NCBI GenBank assembly: GCA_012295275.1
Contig: CM022679.1
Location: 3,844,001 to 3,908,000, forward strand
Direction: 5' to 3'
Length of the DNA: 64,000 bases
From: Chrysomallon squamiferum
Lineage: Eukaryota > Animalia > Mollusca
How positions within the stretch are numbered: the first letter of the stretch is position 1; each line of letters opens with the position of its first letter. A program made the translations under genes and the position numbers. The notes under the pieces are model-generated. The model made no database searches. It had not been told where the DNA came from and saw only the letters and a list, made by a program, of their open reading frames with translations. Below, piece after piece: positions 26,474 through 38,180 of the stretch.

Positions 26474-27147
26474 CAATGGTACCTCGAGTTACGAGTGATC
26501 CAACTTAAGAGCAGATCCGGGTCGATTTTTTCCTTTGAGTTGCGAGCCAACATTCGAGTTACGAGCGCATTTCAGATATGCCGCCGCTAATAGGTGCAAA
26601 GAACAAGACAACAATTGCCCAGCATCCCGCGTCTCACATCCTGCGTCTCACTCGTTTACTTCACGTGGACACCTCGCCGCGGAAACATCTCCGTTGTGTT
26701 CTGTTTTTTTTTTTTCAGACCATGGATCCTAAGAAAGTGAGTGGAAAGGACAGTGCTGGGAAGAAGAAGCGGATGATGTCCATTGAATTAAAGCTTGAAT
26801 GTAGTCGACTTGGCTAGGCAGTACGATATGTACCATTCTGAAGCAGATGGAGTCGATAAAGGCTGTAACTCCAGCCAAAGGCGTAAAAAATAATTTGTCT
26901 CATCTCCAATTTATTTCTTTACATTCTCTTTTATATTGTTCTTATACAATATTAGTCATTTATAAATACATTTTGTATTGTTATTTAAAAAAAGAACAAA
27001 AAAAAAGACAGGTGGTTTTGGGGGAGCTGGAACGGATTAATAGTATTTCAAATAATTTCAGTTGGGAGAATTCATTTGATATGCGACCAAATTGAGTTAC
27101 AAGCTCGGTCACGGAACGAATTAAACTCGTAAGTCAAGGCACCGTTC
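26474..27147 (+). mobile_element. Internally deleted Tigger/pogo-like transposon with both TIRs and TA target duplication
   Basis: TA-CAATGGTACCTCGAGTTACGAG ... CTCGTAAGTCAAGGCACCGTTC-TA, with a transposase HTH remnant. Empty paralogous site at ~9745. Confidence 0.85.
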
Positions 27148-27505
27148 TATTTTAAATATATGTTGTACTAAATTTGATTTCATGAACTTATTAACACTTA
27201 ATACGAAACTAATCTACAAATCACAACATGCAGTCAGAATTAATTATCTTTTACAATAATTCTTGCAGATTTTGCTTTGTGATGAACAACTGTTTTCAAG
27301 TTTCATATCCTATGCAAAAAACAACAAAAACAAAAAACACACAAAAATCCCCGAATCTTTAGTATTATGACGTTTACACGTTTCTCTATCGTCATTAGTA
27401 AGTTTATATAGAAACTGCGGAAAGCTGTTAATTTAATTACACTGTCTTCTGGATTTACGTTTTATACTCTGTGTTGTTGATCATAATTTGAAGCCGAAGG
27501 CACTT

Positions 27506-28187
27506 TCATAGTTTTGTCTCTTCAACATGATCACCTATAGGGGGCGCTCTTGCCTGTTTATCTGTCGTCTGCGTAACAACTGTCGGATAGGACGCATTAC
27601 CCCGTGTCGTCGTCAGCTGAACGTTGATGTAGTAAACTTGGGTTTGAGGGACATCATACTGAATGACATGGCCGAAGCTTCCATGACTTTTCTTACTGGC
27701 AACGACAAGAATTCCAAATATGATGGCGAGGACTGAGCCGATGATGTTAAGAGCAAATGACCAAGATAAATGTACTGTAACGGTGACTGGAGCAGACTCC
27801 AAAGCGATGCCAATAATTCCACAGAGCACGTCGACTATACATCCTAAAATACCTGAAATAAATAAATAAATAAATAAAATAAATAAATAATAATAATAAA
27901 ATCAACGACAGTGACACTTTCGATGTCCTTTACAATATGAGAAAGAACTGTGAAATAAAAATCATGTAAAACATTAACAAGGAGAAAAAATAAGGCAAAG
28001 AATAATTAAATAAAACAACTCCAACACCAACAACATTGTTATCACTGCCATCTTAGTCGTCGACGTCGTCATCACATTAATGAAGAGAGTCTCAACTATT
28101 TACGTTTTGGAGACATCAGAGGTGAGTTTTTAGTAAGCTGGGAAAGTAGCCACCAGAACGACTGTGTCAAATTATCTATATTGACTG

Positions 28188-28219
<32 letters not shown>

Positions 28220-29788
28220 CTATATATATCTATTTATCTATATATCTAGCTCTCTATCTATCTATCTATATACCTCTACCTATCTATACATATATATACT
28301 CATCTATCTCTCTATTTATCTGTCTATCATTCCATCTGTCCATCTGTCTATCTTTATATCTATGTCTACCTATCTACCTACCTATTTACCTATCTATCTA
28401 TCTATATATATATATCTATCTCTACATCGATCTATCTACCTATACATATATATATACCTCTCTATCTACTTATCTGTCCATCTGCCCATCTATCTATCTA
28501 TCTAACTGTATCTATCTATCTTTATATCTATGTCTATTTACCTACCTACCTACATATTTACCTATTTATCTATCTATCTATCTATCTATCTATACAACAA
28601 TGAGAAATATGTCTGTGCAAGCAGTTACATTTTTTTATTAATTTGTTTTTATTCTGTGGGTAATACAGGTATATCTTACCTCCTGTTATTATCATATTTT
28701 TGTTAATTTGTTTATATTCTGTGGGTAATACAGGTATATCTTACCTCCTGTTATTGTCGTCCAACTTACTACGTTGGCTGACATTTGAGGAGAGCACATG
28801 TTCACCACAATGGCCATGATTACACCAAACACCAGGAATATCAACGCCAGAATCTGAACAGCACGGGAAGCATCGTAAACACCTGCAGATAAATGAAAAC
28901 GTACATTTTATAATTTATTATGGAAGATTATAGTTTACAGTACGTAAATATAATTTACTATTATATAACTGTATAAATATAATATACCGATATATAAAAA
29001 TAATATATTTTTTTATAATTATAATGTAATGTTTAAAAATTACTATATCATATAATAATAATCTACTGGTCAAATGTATAATCTGTTATATATGTGTAAT
29101 TACAGTTCACTTTTATATTATTATAGTATACTGTCAAATGAGAATAATGTACCGTTATGTAATTAAAATGTACTGTTAAATAAGAATAATGTATTTATAT
29201 ATAAGTATAATGTCCTCTTATATTTGCATAGTGTACTGTTAGCATAATGTGCTGTCTGCTCAGTATAATAACGTACGGTTATGTGATTAAAATGTAATGT
29301 TATATTAGAATAATGTACTGTTATACAATTACAATGTGCTGATATATAGGTATAATATAACTGTAGAGTACTGTTATATTATTATAATTGTCAGTATAAA
29401 TATTATATAAGTAACTTTGAGTGTACATGGAACCACAAATTTGTAGAATAAATAATTTTAAATAAAATGTACAAAGAAGCAAAGAAATTAACAGATTACG
29501 TATTGGACAATGGAGAAAAATAGCCAACACAACCTACCATATCGTTTCCACATTTAGGTAACGCAATAAATAAAATTAATATTCGTTGACATCCGTTGTA
29601 TGTAACATAATGAAATAAACTGATAATAATTCCAAAAAAAACAAAAAAAAAACGACATTATACCTGTAACGGTAGTAAAATCTGATATGGTGATAAGACA
29701 TTGGTGTGTGAGTGTATGTATGTGTAAATTACAACTTAAAGACGGCAAAAATATAAAATAGACTAACCTGTTCTGTGAAATTATATTT

Positions 29789-29841
<53 letters not shown>

Positions 29842-30128
29842 TATGCATGTACGTATCTATATTTGCATGTAGATATATTTGTATATGTGAAGTGATTCTA
29901 GATTATATAACTCAATAACTGGGACGAATCAGAATTACCTAGAACTCCAGAAGGATAAGATCTACAAGAATCCATGGAAGCTGAGCAAATCTGCCACAAG
30001 CCAATCAACTCACTGCTGGTCTCGAACCAAGCAGGCGTGGCGAAGCCAACAAGGAAAAAGAGAAAACTGAAAAACACACCAAATGTTCCTACTTTGTAGA
30101 GAGTCGACGTCTCGGACCAGTTCGGCAT
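27506..30128 (-). CDS. Claudin-like copy G (~224 aa, altered tail ending ETKL)
   Basis: Exons 30128-29939, 28882-28745, 27852-27506, GT-AG, open frame. Confidence 0.85.
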
Positions 30129-30417
30129 GATGTAAAAACTTGTTAATCCTCAGACAGAATCAGAAATGTATGTAATGAAGGTTTGTAGGTCTAATGAAAC
30201 TATGTTACCCAGCGAGCTAAACGTCTTAGTGGGGTATGAAACAAGGAAGTTTGAAAACAATGACAGTGTCTTTATTGACTGTGTGTTGCTAGACACTAAA
30301 CAAAACACTAAATAGATTTTACCTGAAAAGAATACACGGATCAGTAGGTGATCATTGTGTACCTGTAAGAGACTACGACGTTATGTAAAGACGCGGATCA
30401 AGAGGTGATCACGTTTT

Positions 30418-31115
30418 ATTTAATTTAGAGTGAACAGTGGTACATTTCAAATATTATATTATCTTTAATTTAGAGTGAACAGTGGTACATTTCAAATATT
30501 ATATTAAATTTAATTTAGAATGAACAGTGGTACATTTCAAATATTATATTATATTTAATTTAGAATGAACAGTGGTACATTTCAAATATTATATTATATT
30601 TAATTTAGAATGAAGAGAGATAAATTTCAAATATTATGTTATATTTAATTTAGAATGAAGAGTGGTACATTTCAAATATTATATTTAATATAGAATGAAG
30701 AGAGATAAATTTCAAATATTATATTTAATATAGAATGAAGAGAGATAAATTTCAAATATTATATTTAATTTAGAATGAAGAGAGATAAATTTCAAATATT
30801 ATACATTTAATTTATAATGATGATTGTTAAATTTCAAACATTATATTATATTTAATATAGTATGAAGAGAGATAAATTTCAAATATTATACATTTAATTT
30901 ATAATGATGATTATTAAATTTCAAATATTATATTATACTTAATTTAGAATGAAGAGAGAAATTTCAAATATTATACATATAATTTATAATGATGATTGTA
31001 AAATTTCAAATATTATATTATATTTAATTTAGAATGATGATATGTAAATTTCAAATATAATATATTATTTTATAATGATTATTGTTACATTTCAAATATT
31101 ATATTATATTTAATT
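30418..31115. repeat. AT-rich ~38-43-bp minisatellite
   Basis: Tandem ATTTAATTTAGAATGAA(CAGTGGTAC/GAGAGATAA)ATTTCAAATATTAT units. Only about three units at the paralogous site ~12580-12700. Confidence 0.85.
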
Positions 31116-31331
31116 TCAAATATAATACTAATAATAATGATGACGATAATAATAATGATAATACTAATAATAATGATGACGATAATCAAAATTTTAATAC
31201 TAATAATAATGATGACGATAATAATAATGATAATAATAATAATAATGATGATGATAATAACATAAATGATGATGATGATGATATATGAATAATAACGTCA
31301 GTATTCACAAGTGAATCAACTGTGTACGTAC

Positions 31332-32378
31332 TGAAACATCCAGATATAGAGCAGTGACATGAAATGTAAAACCAGGAGATGTTTTGTTCATGGTGGTGGT
31401 GGCTGGCAAGTTTTCAAACTGAGGACTGTGTGTTTTATGACGAACTCAATAAACAGACTAAACTGATTGGAACTGGATTTTGGTGGAGCTCCAAGATCAT
31501 TAGCACTGAGTGCCAACTGCAATAGAATACCATTTTTTCATCAGCATTCAACATTTTAGAAACAAATACATGTTTATGTATTTTATTTAAAAATTAAATT
31601 AAATTTTTGAAAGTAGTTATATGAATACATATTTTTATAACAGCAAAAGAAAGAGTTTCTCTGTTACCACGTTTTAAACTTTGTGTCATTCAGAACTGAT
31701 TCTTTTAACACAGTCTGTGCTTGGTTGTTGCTCAGCTGATTTATTTTGTAGTACAAGGTTGCTGTATCATCACCAATCATTTCAAACTCTAGAGTATTAA
31801 ATGGTTCCTATAAAAAATAAAAAGTCATAATTTTATGATGCATGACAGAAAATCTCTGTTAAAAATGCTTAAAACAATTATTAGAGAAAATATTCAATGT
31901 AATAAGCCAAAGCTTTCATAAAGTTATCATCTTATTTCACATAAAAAATAAAATGTAAGTCTACTTAATTCACTTAATTATGAATTGTTAAAATTTAGCC
32001 TGATGAAGTATGATGTTTGAAGAAGAAAAAAAAAAAAAAAAACAGAAACAAGTTTCTTTGTCACTAGATATGCATTTATAAGTTCTATCTTTTTCCTACT
32101 AATTTATAATTTTTCACATAAATACCATTATCTGTAGTAAAAATATTTTCACAGTATGACAGTGAAGATTATTTTAATATTTATTTTTTTATACCACCAT
32201 ATCAGCATCGCTTGCAGGGAAATGGTGTAGACAACTGTGTTGCTGTTGAAGTCTTCACGAATTAAAACTTCAAATGGAAGGCCTTGAAAAACCGGTGAGT
32301 GGATGTTGCGTTGTGTCTGACTGGAGCTGGCCGACTGTGAAGCTGTGATTTACCTAGATCACTCGCCACCACCTTCAT
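31332..32378 (-). pseudogene. Cadherin pseudogene, three consecutive exons
   Basis: 32378-32195 (KVVASDLG..NIHSPVFQGLPFEVLIREDF..ASDAD, frameshifted), 31807-~31668 (EPFNTLEFEMIGDDTATLYYKIN), 31516-31332 (LALSANDLGAPPKSS..SPQFENLP, frameshifted). Splice sites still visible. Confidence 0.75.
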
Positions 32379-33503
32379 CTGATAAATAAATAAATAACAT
32401 TTAACTTAATAACAAAAAATAACTTTATCCAATGAAAGAAAAAAAAACGACTATTCTCAGGTTTTGTTTTGTTGGGTTTTTTCTTTTTCTTTTTAATTAA
32501 AGATTATTTTAAAAGAAAATTAATGGAATATGTAATTTTAATGCTTCATTCTGATAATAAAATTATTAATAATTCGACAACAATTCATTATCTAACCAAC
32601 AAACTACGTCGTTATATTTATTAATAAAATATTCTTATGTATACTGAACACTGAAAAGATGGTCGTGGTTTTCAAATTAATATGTAGAACAGAAATAATA
32701 TTGTTGAATAATTAATAATAATTACATCAACATTAAAATACGATTTATCTTTTCTTTTAATACTTTACATTACGGCTTAGAATTGAGGCCTGTGACTTAG
32801 GAAATTTGTGTAACAACTGTAAGCAATCGTTACCATAACAACAAAGTTCCAGCCTCCAGTGTTTGTTCCTTTGAGATACGTGGTAACTTTCTTGGAAACC
32901 ATTTCACTTGGTGATGTTTTGTCGATGTTAATGCTACTGACAGAGATCTCACTGTAAGATATTCCTAATGTTTCGATCTAATTTGAAAAATACGTTTTAA
33001 TAATAAAAGAAAAATGGGCCGGATCTTAATTATCAGTAAAACTCGCCGTTAATCTTTTTTAGATGCTGAGTTTTTCAAGACAGCATCTCCATATTCCCAG
33101 TATCCCCCTCACAAAGTATGATTACGTCAGCGGCAAAATTCACTGGATTTACTAAAATTATAAAACCGTACACGCTTTAAAATATAAAAGTAAATGATAG
33201 ATTTCTTTGTTTTTTTTTTTTTTTTTTTTTTCTTTTTTTTCTATTTCGTTCGTTATTGTTTTCTTTATCTGTTATTTATCATTTTTTTAAAGAAATATTT
33301 GCATTGAATATTGCATTTTTTATACTGTTTATTACTTAGTCGTAACTAAATAACTGGAAAACACTGTCAGAAGTAAACTGTTTGAATTAAACAGAATAAA
33401 AACAAAGAAAACCCTCATAAATTCACTGAAATTAGTAACATTACGAAACCGTACACAATTTTAAATATACAAGTAAATGCTGGGTTTCTTTAGTTCTTCT
33501 TCT

Positions 33504-33535
<32 letters not shown>

Positions 33536-34051
33536 CTTTTTTGTTTTGTTTCGTTTGTTGTGTTTTGTTTTTGACTGTTATTTATCATTTCTAAATAAAT
33601 ATTTTTATTGAATATTGAACAATTTATGTTCTTTTTTTACTTAATTCTAACTAAATGACTAGAAAACACTGTCAGAAATAAACTGTTTGTATTAAACAGA
33701 ATAAAAACAAAGAAAACCCTGATAAATTCGATATTATTTTACCTTTCTTTGAATAATATCAAGAAAGTTTTGACATTATCATGATTATAGAAATATTTTT
33801 GATTTGGTATTCTTAAAAGGAATAACATCAAAAATACTTATATACACATATCAGGGAATGATAATGTTACAGAAGATTTTAATGCGAAAACAAATCAACG
33901 CAAAAAACACAAGTTCTTGTTGGCGACGCCATTGCTAACGTCAAGGTGACTTCTTTTACGTCGTAGTTGTGTCTATATAAGGACGACAAAACAGAGAATG
34001 ACGTAAGCCTGAGGGTTCTTTTTATAAAACAATTGAACATCCACTACCCCG

Positions 34052-34396
34052 TTGATTTATATCCGGGATGTGGAAAAACAAGACGCTGATTAAACAGCTA
34101 ATCTCAAGGAGTGTTTCTTTGTTCACTGGATCCTGCATCCTGCATCTTGGTGCTGTGTTTGGTTGGAAATCGTCTTCAAAACTGATTGTTGATGATCCGC
34201 TCCGAGGTTCATTACTACGGTTAGAGGTCGGGACACCCCGAACTTTCCAGAACGTGACCGAAGGGAGGATCTTCTGCAATCAAAAGCGAAGACGACTCAA
34301 GCATTCTGCAGCCCTCAACGATGACAGAATGGAATCCAGTGACCGAATGAAACAAAAACAAATCCCCCAAACCCCGGCCCTTTTCAGGGCCACCAA
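34052..34396 (+). ncRNA. Putative rod-hairpin RNA with histone stem-loop, copy 3
   Basis: TATAAAA 34023-34029, rod 34113-34353, GGCCCTTTTCAGGGCC 34376-34391 + ACCA + AAGAAAG. Homology to the other copies stops ~35 nt after the stem. Confidence 0.6.
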
Positions 34397-34819
34397 ATCT
34401 TAAGAAAGTGTCTCTTCATACAATTGCTTTCGTAATCATTGTTAAATAATAACAAAATAAAGTGTAATAAATAATCTAGTTGTGATAATAAAAATAATTA
34501 TGCTTGATAAGCTCATAAATAATTATAATATAAAAACAAATAAATAATCATTAGTACTAATAAAGCTAAAATAAATGATAATAATAAATAATTATTCAAC
34601 ATAAATAAATAAATAAATATTTTTTATAAGTTTTTATGAATAGTCGATTAGTTCATAGGTAATCAACGGAAACACATAATATGGGAATATCATTTTAGAG
34701 TTGTTTCCCTTAGATCAGCAAAAAGGATAAAAAATAAATGTTCTGGATTCGTTGCTGATAGTAGTAATGTTTATAATAAGCTTTTAATTTGTAGGTTATT
34801 TTGGTTATTTATAAGATTC

Positions 34820-34886
<67 letters not shown>

Positions 34887-36180
34887 ATAATAAAAATAAA
34901 CGACGTACACTGTTTTCTTGTGAGATAATAGATAATTAATTTAACAGACAGCCGAAAACTTTCTCAGAAAGCAAAATGTAAGATTCTGGGTAAAAAAACA
35001 AAATAAAAACAAATAATAAAACTGCATCTACAATAATGATGTCTTAAAATACTCTTATATGGCAATACATTTTTTTTAATTGCTTATGGTTTATATGCAT
35101 ACATGTCTTTGTTAGTTGTTTGTTGTTATTTTTGGTGTTGGTATTGTTTGAAAATGAATTTCGAGAGATAAATCACCTGCGTATAAGGTACAGAGCATAA
35201 CAAATAAATAAAAACAAAAAAACAAAGAAACCAAAGACGCCAGGAAGAATGGAAAAAAGATGAATGTGGCCATTTTACAGTCACATAAAACTTCTGTTCA
35301 TTAATAATAACAATGCATGCAAATGTAGATCTGTTGGTATTATTTTTTAATAGTTATAACTTACCATTATTATGAACTTTTATTATATTTTAGAATGTAG
35401 CATGTTGAAAATTCTAAATGTTTTTCTTATTACAAATTTAATTTTCAAACTGTTTGATGTTATAACTACATACCTGACATGATTAACTAGAACAAAAAAA
35501 CAAACATTTGATTCACCTAAACCGTTAATAATAGTAGTATAAACAAAACCACATATAGTCAATACTAAGATATTATTATGACCAAAAAAACAAATAATAG
35601 GAAATGAATAAAAAATGTATATCCATATAAAGTCACTGGTGAAATTGTAAACTACGTGAAAAGTGTACATCAACTGTTGCAGATCAAACCATTAACTAGA
35701 TGGTGCTATCAAAGTTGCATTATAATGCAAGAAATACAATGTAAGCTATCTTATTATTATATCTTTTGTTTTGTTTGATTGATAAAGGGCTTAAAACCAG
35801 AATCTAACCCAAGATGTTGAAGTAATTGACATTTAAAAAAAAATTAAATATAAAATATTGCAAGATGTTTAGAGTTCTGACATTTATATTATTCAGGCAC
35901 TATTAGATCTTATTAACATCTATCAGTTTAATGATCCCAAATTATTTCTTAATTCTTTTGAACTGACCATGTTAGTTCTTCATGCATGTTACAACCTCAT
36001 TTTAAAATGTTGGTAAATTTTACATATTTAATCGCAGAGTATCAAGGTTCAGTTACAACTGTTCCATTTATCTCATGATGCAGTTCAGTGGATTTAATGC
36101 TGGTTTGCATGAATGAACACAAATCTTGATTTTACTCAGCTTGAAACATTATACACAATAATGATCAGTGTATATATCCT

Positions 36181-36218
<38 letters not shown>

Positions 36219-36648
36219 CTTATTCAGACAGGTGGTTAAACATGCACATTCCAGTAAGTTGTGTTTTTGATTGATTAATCCTTAAATTTCTGGCAAGTGA
36301 CTTGTATTTATATTAAATCTTAACAATCACAAAAACAGCCTTCAATGTGAGAGCCAATGCCCAAGGTCTTGAATGGGAAATAGGATTAAAGCAATATTTT
36401 ATTCTGTCTGTAATATGAAAAACAATAGCAATATTAAATAATATAATTAAATTTTAACTTTATCAAAATGCAAGTAATAAAATAATGTAAAAAAAAAAAA
36501 AAAAAGTCTAGAAAGAAATCCTACCAAATCCATGAATATTCAATAAAAAAAAGAAAAGAATTTCTGGAAATCATTTTTTATTTATCATCAAAACATGAGA
36601 AAAATCAATTAATGATGGCAAATACATTTAACTGTAAAGTAACTGTAA

Positions 36649-36710
36649 ACACAACTTACAGATCAGCTGTAGGTCTTTTAATTTCGACCTTCAGCTTCAT
36701 ACGTTTGTGC
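36649..36710 (-). promoter_or_regulatory. SECIS element (type I-like) in the SelU 3' UTR
   Basis: Minus strand: ATGAA-gctgaaggtc-gAAAttaaaa-gacctacagc-TGAT, giving a UGAN/NGAN quartet, 10-bp helix II with one mismatch and an AAA loop. CACAA/TTGTG forms helix I. Confidence 0.85.
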
Positions 36711-38180
36711 TGCAGTAACTTTTCAGTCGAATGACAGCATCACATTAATATTACAAATATGAACATTTTCAATTAAATTACAAAAACCTATCATCAATCA
36801 TTTCTATTAACATATCAATACATCTGACAAATTTTATTTGTCAATAGGTAAAATAAAAAGAGACAAACAGTCAAAAACAAAAACAAATTAAAAGTTAATG
36901 CCTTTTTAGATTAGTGGTACAGGTACCAGGCAATGTAACAATCTTGGGACTGGAGGTGATTTTTTTTATGACGTGCTTAATACAAAATGTTTTCCTTTCA
37001 GTTAGCAAGTTGTCTTTTTCAGGACTTTGTACAGATGAAACAAAAATTACAATAAGCTTGAAGATAAATGTAGAAGGGACGATGAACACAGGAGGTGTCA
37101 CACTGAATCTGATGTGAGATGCATAGTAACTAATTAGCTAAATACTGTAAACATCCAGATTCAAAATTAGCCAGTTTTCTTGTACTCGGATATCATGTAC
37201 AGGTTTCGTGAACAAAACTAAATAAATAAACAACAGAAGACTCAGAAAATGTACCTTAAGTCATATAAACCACAAGAAGACAATTCCGTATTAATAAATT
37301 ATGGCTAAGAAATGTAAATATTCGATTTTTTTAAATTTAAATTTAAAAATGAAACCCATTGCAATATTAAACATTTAAAAATGAAGTAAGTATTTACCAT
37401 TATCATATTTTTAAAGATGCAGTTGTATTTATTTTAAGACTACAGTTTGATACATTCAAGTTTTAATTTTAAAAACATTCACTAGAATATAACATTTTTT
37501 AAATGGTAATTTCAGTATTTTTCTTTCTCTCTCAGAGTACATTTAAAACCTTGTTAACATTACAAAGGACTAATCAATGGAAAAACAATTATCATAAATT
37601 AGGGTTTTATTTATGATACATCCTGTATACTGGTCTGTATTATGTGTGTTGTGCTGTGTTATGGTTCACTTAGTCAGTTATATACGGAACTGTACAGATA
37701 CTAGTTTTCTAGGAATGTTACAATGAATAGAAATAAAGTTATTGACTAAATGGATATTATGTGCCTGTATTAATTTATTAACTAGTTAATATTCAAGTTT
37801 ATTTTAACAACTGTTACTTATCAGGTTTCAAAACAGTAATCAAATTAACTACATATATGATATAATGCACACAAACTAAAATCAAATCTAAGTTAAATAG
37901 TAAACAATTCAGAACTGGAAAATATTAATCTTTTCTCTCAATTTCATTTTTAACTAAAATTCAATTAAAATGTTCAATGTATTGTTTTCTTAGCAGAAAT
38001 TAACATTAATGTTTTTATTTTAGTGGTATTTAATAAAATATCATTATGTTACGTAATACTTTTAATTTACAGTATTTCATACAAGTGAGCAAATCAACAA
38101 GTTTTTAACATTTTATAAGTCACAGACTTTTTATCTTTTTGTACACCCTGTCAAATTTCACACCCTATAAAAATTCAGGT

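Noticed and set aside
30418-31115. Regularly spaced repeats resembling a CRISPR array
   Set aside because: Head-to-tail units without unique spacers, eukaryotic context, no cas genes.
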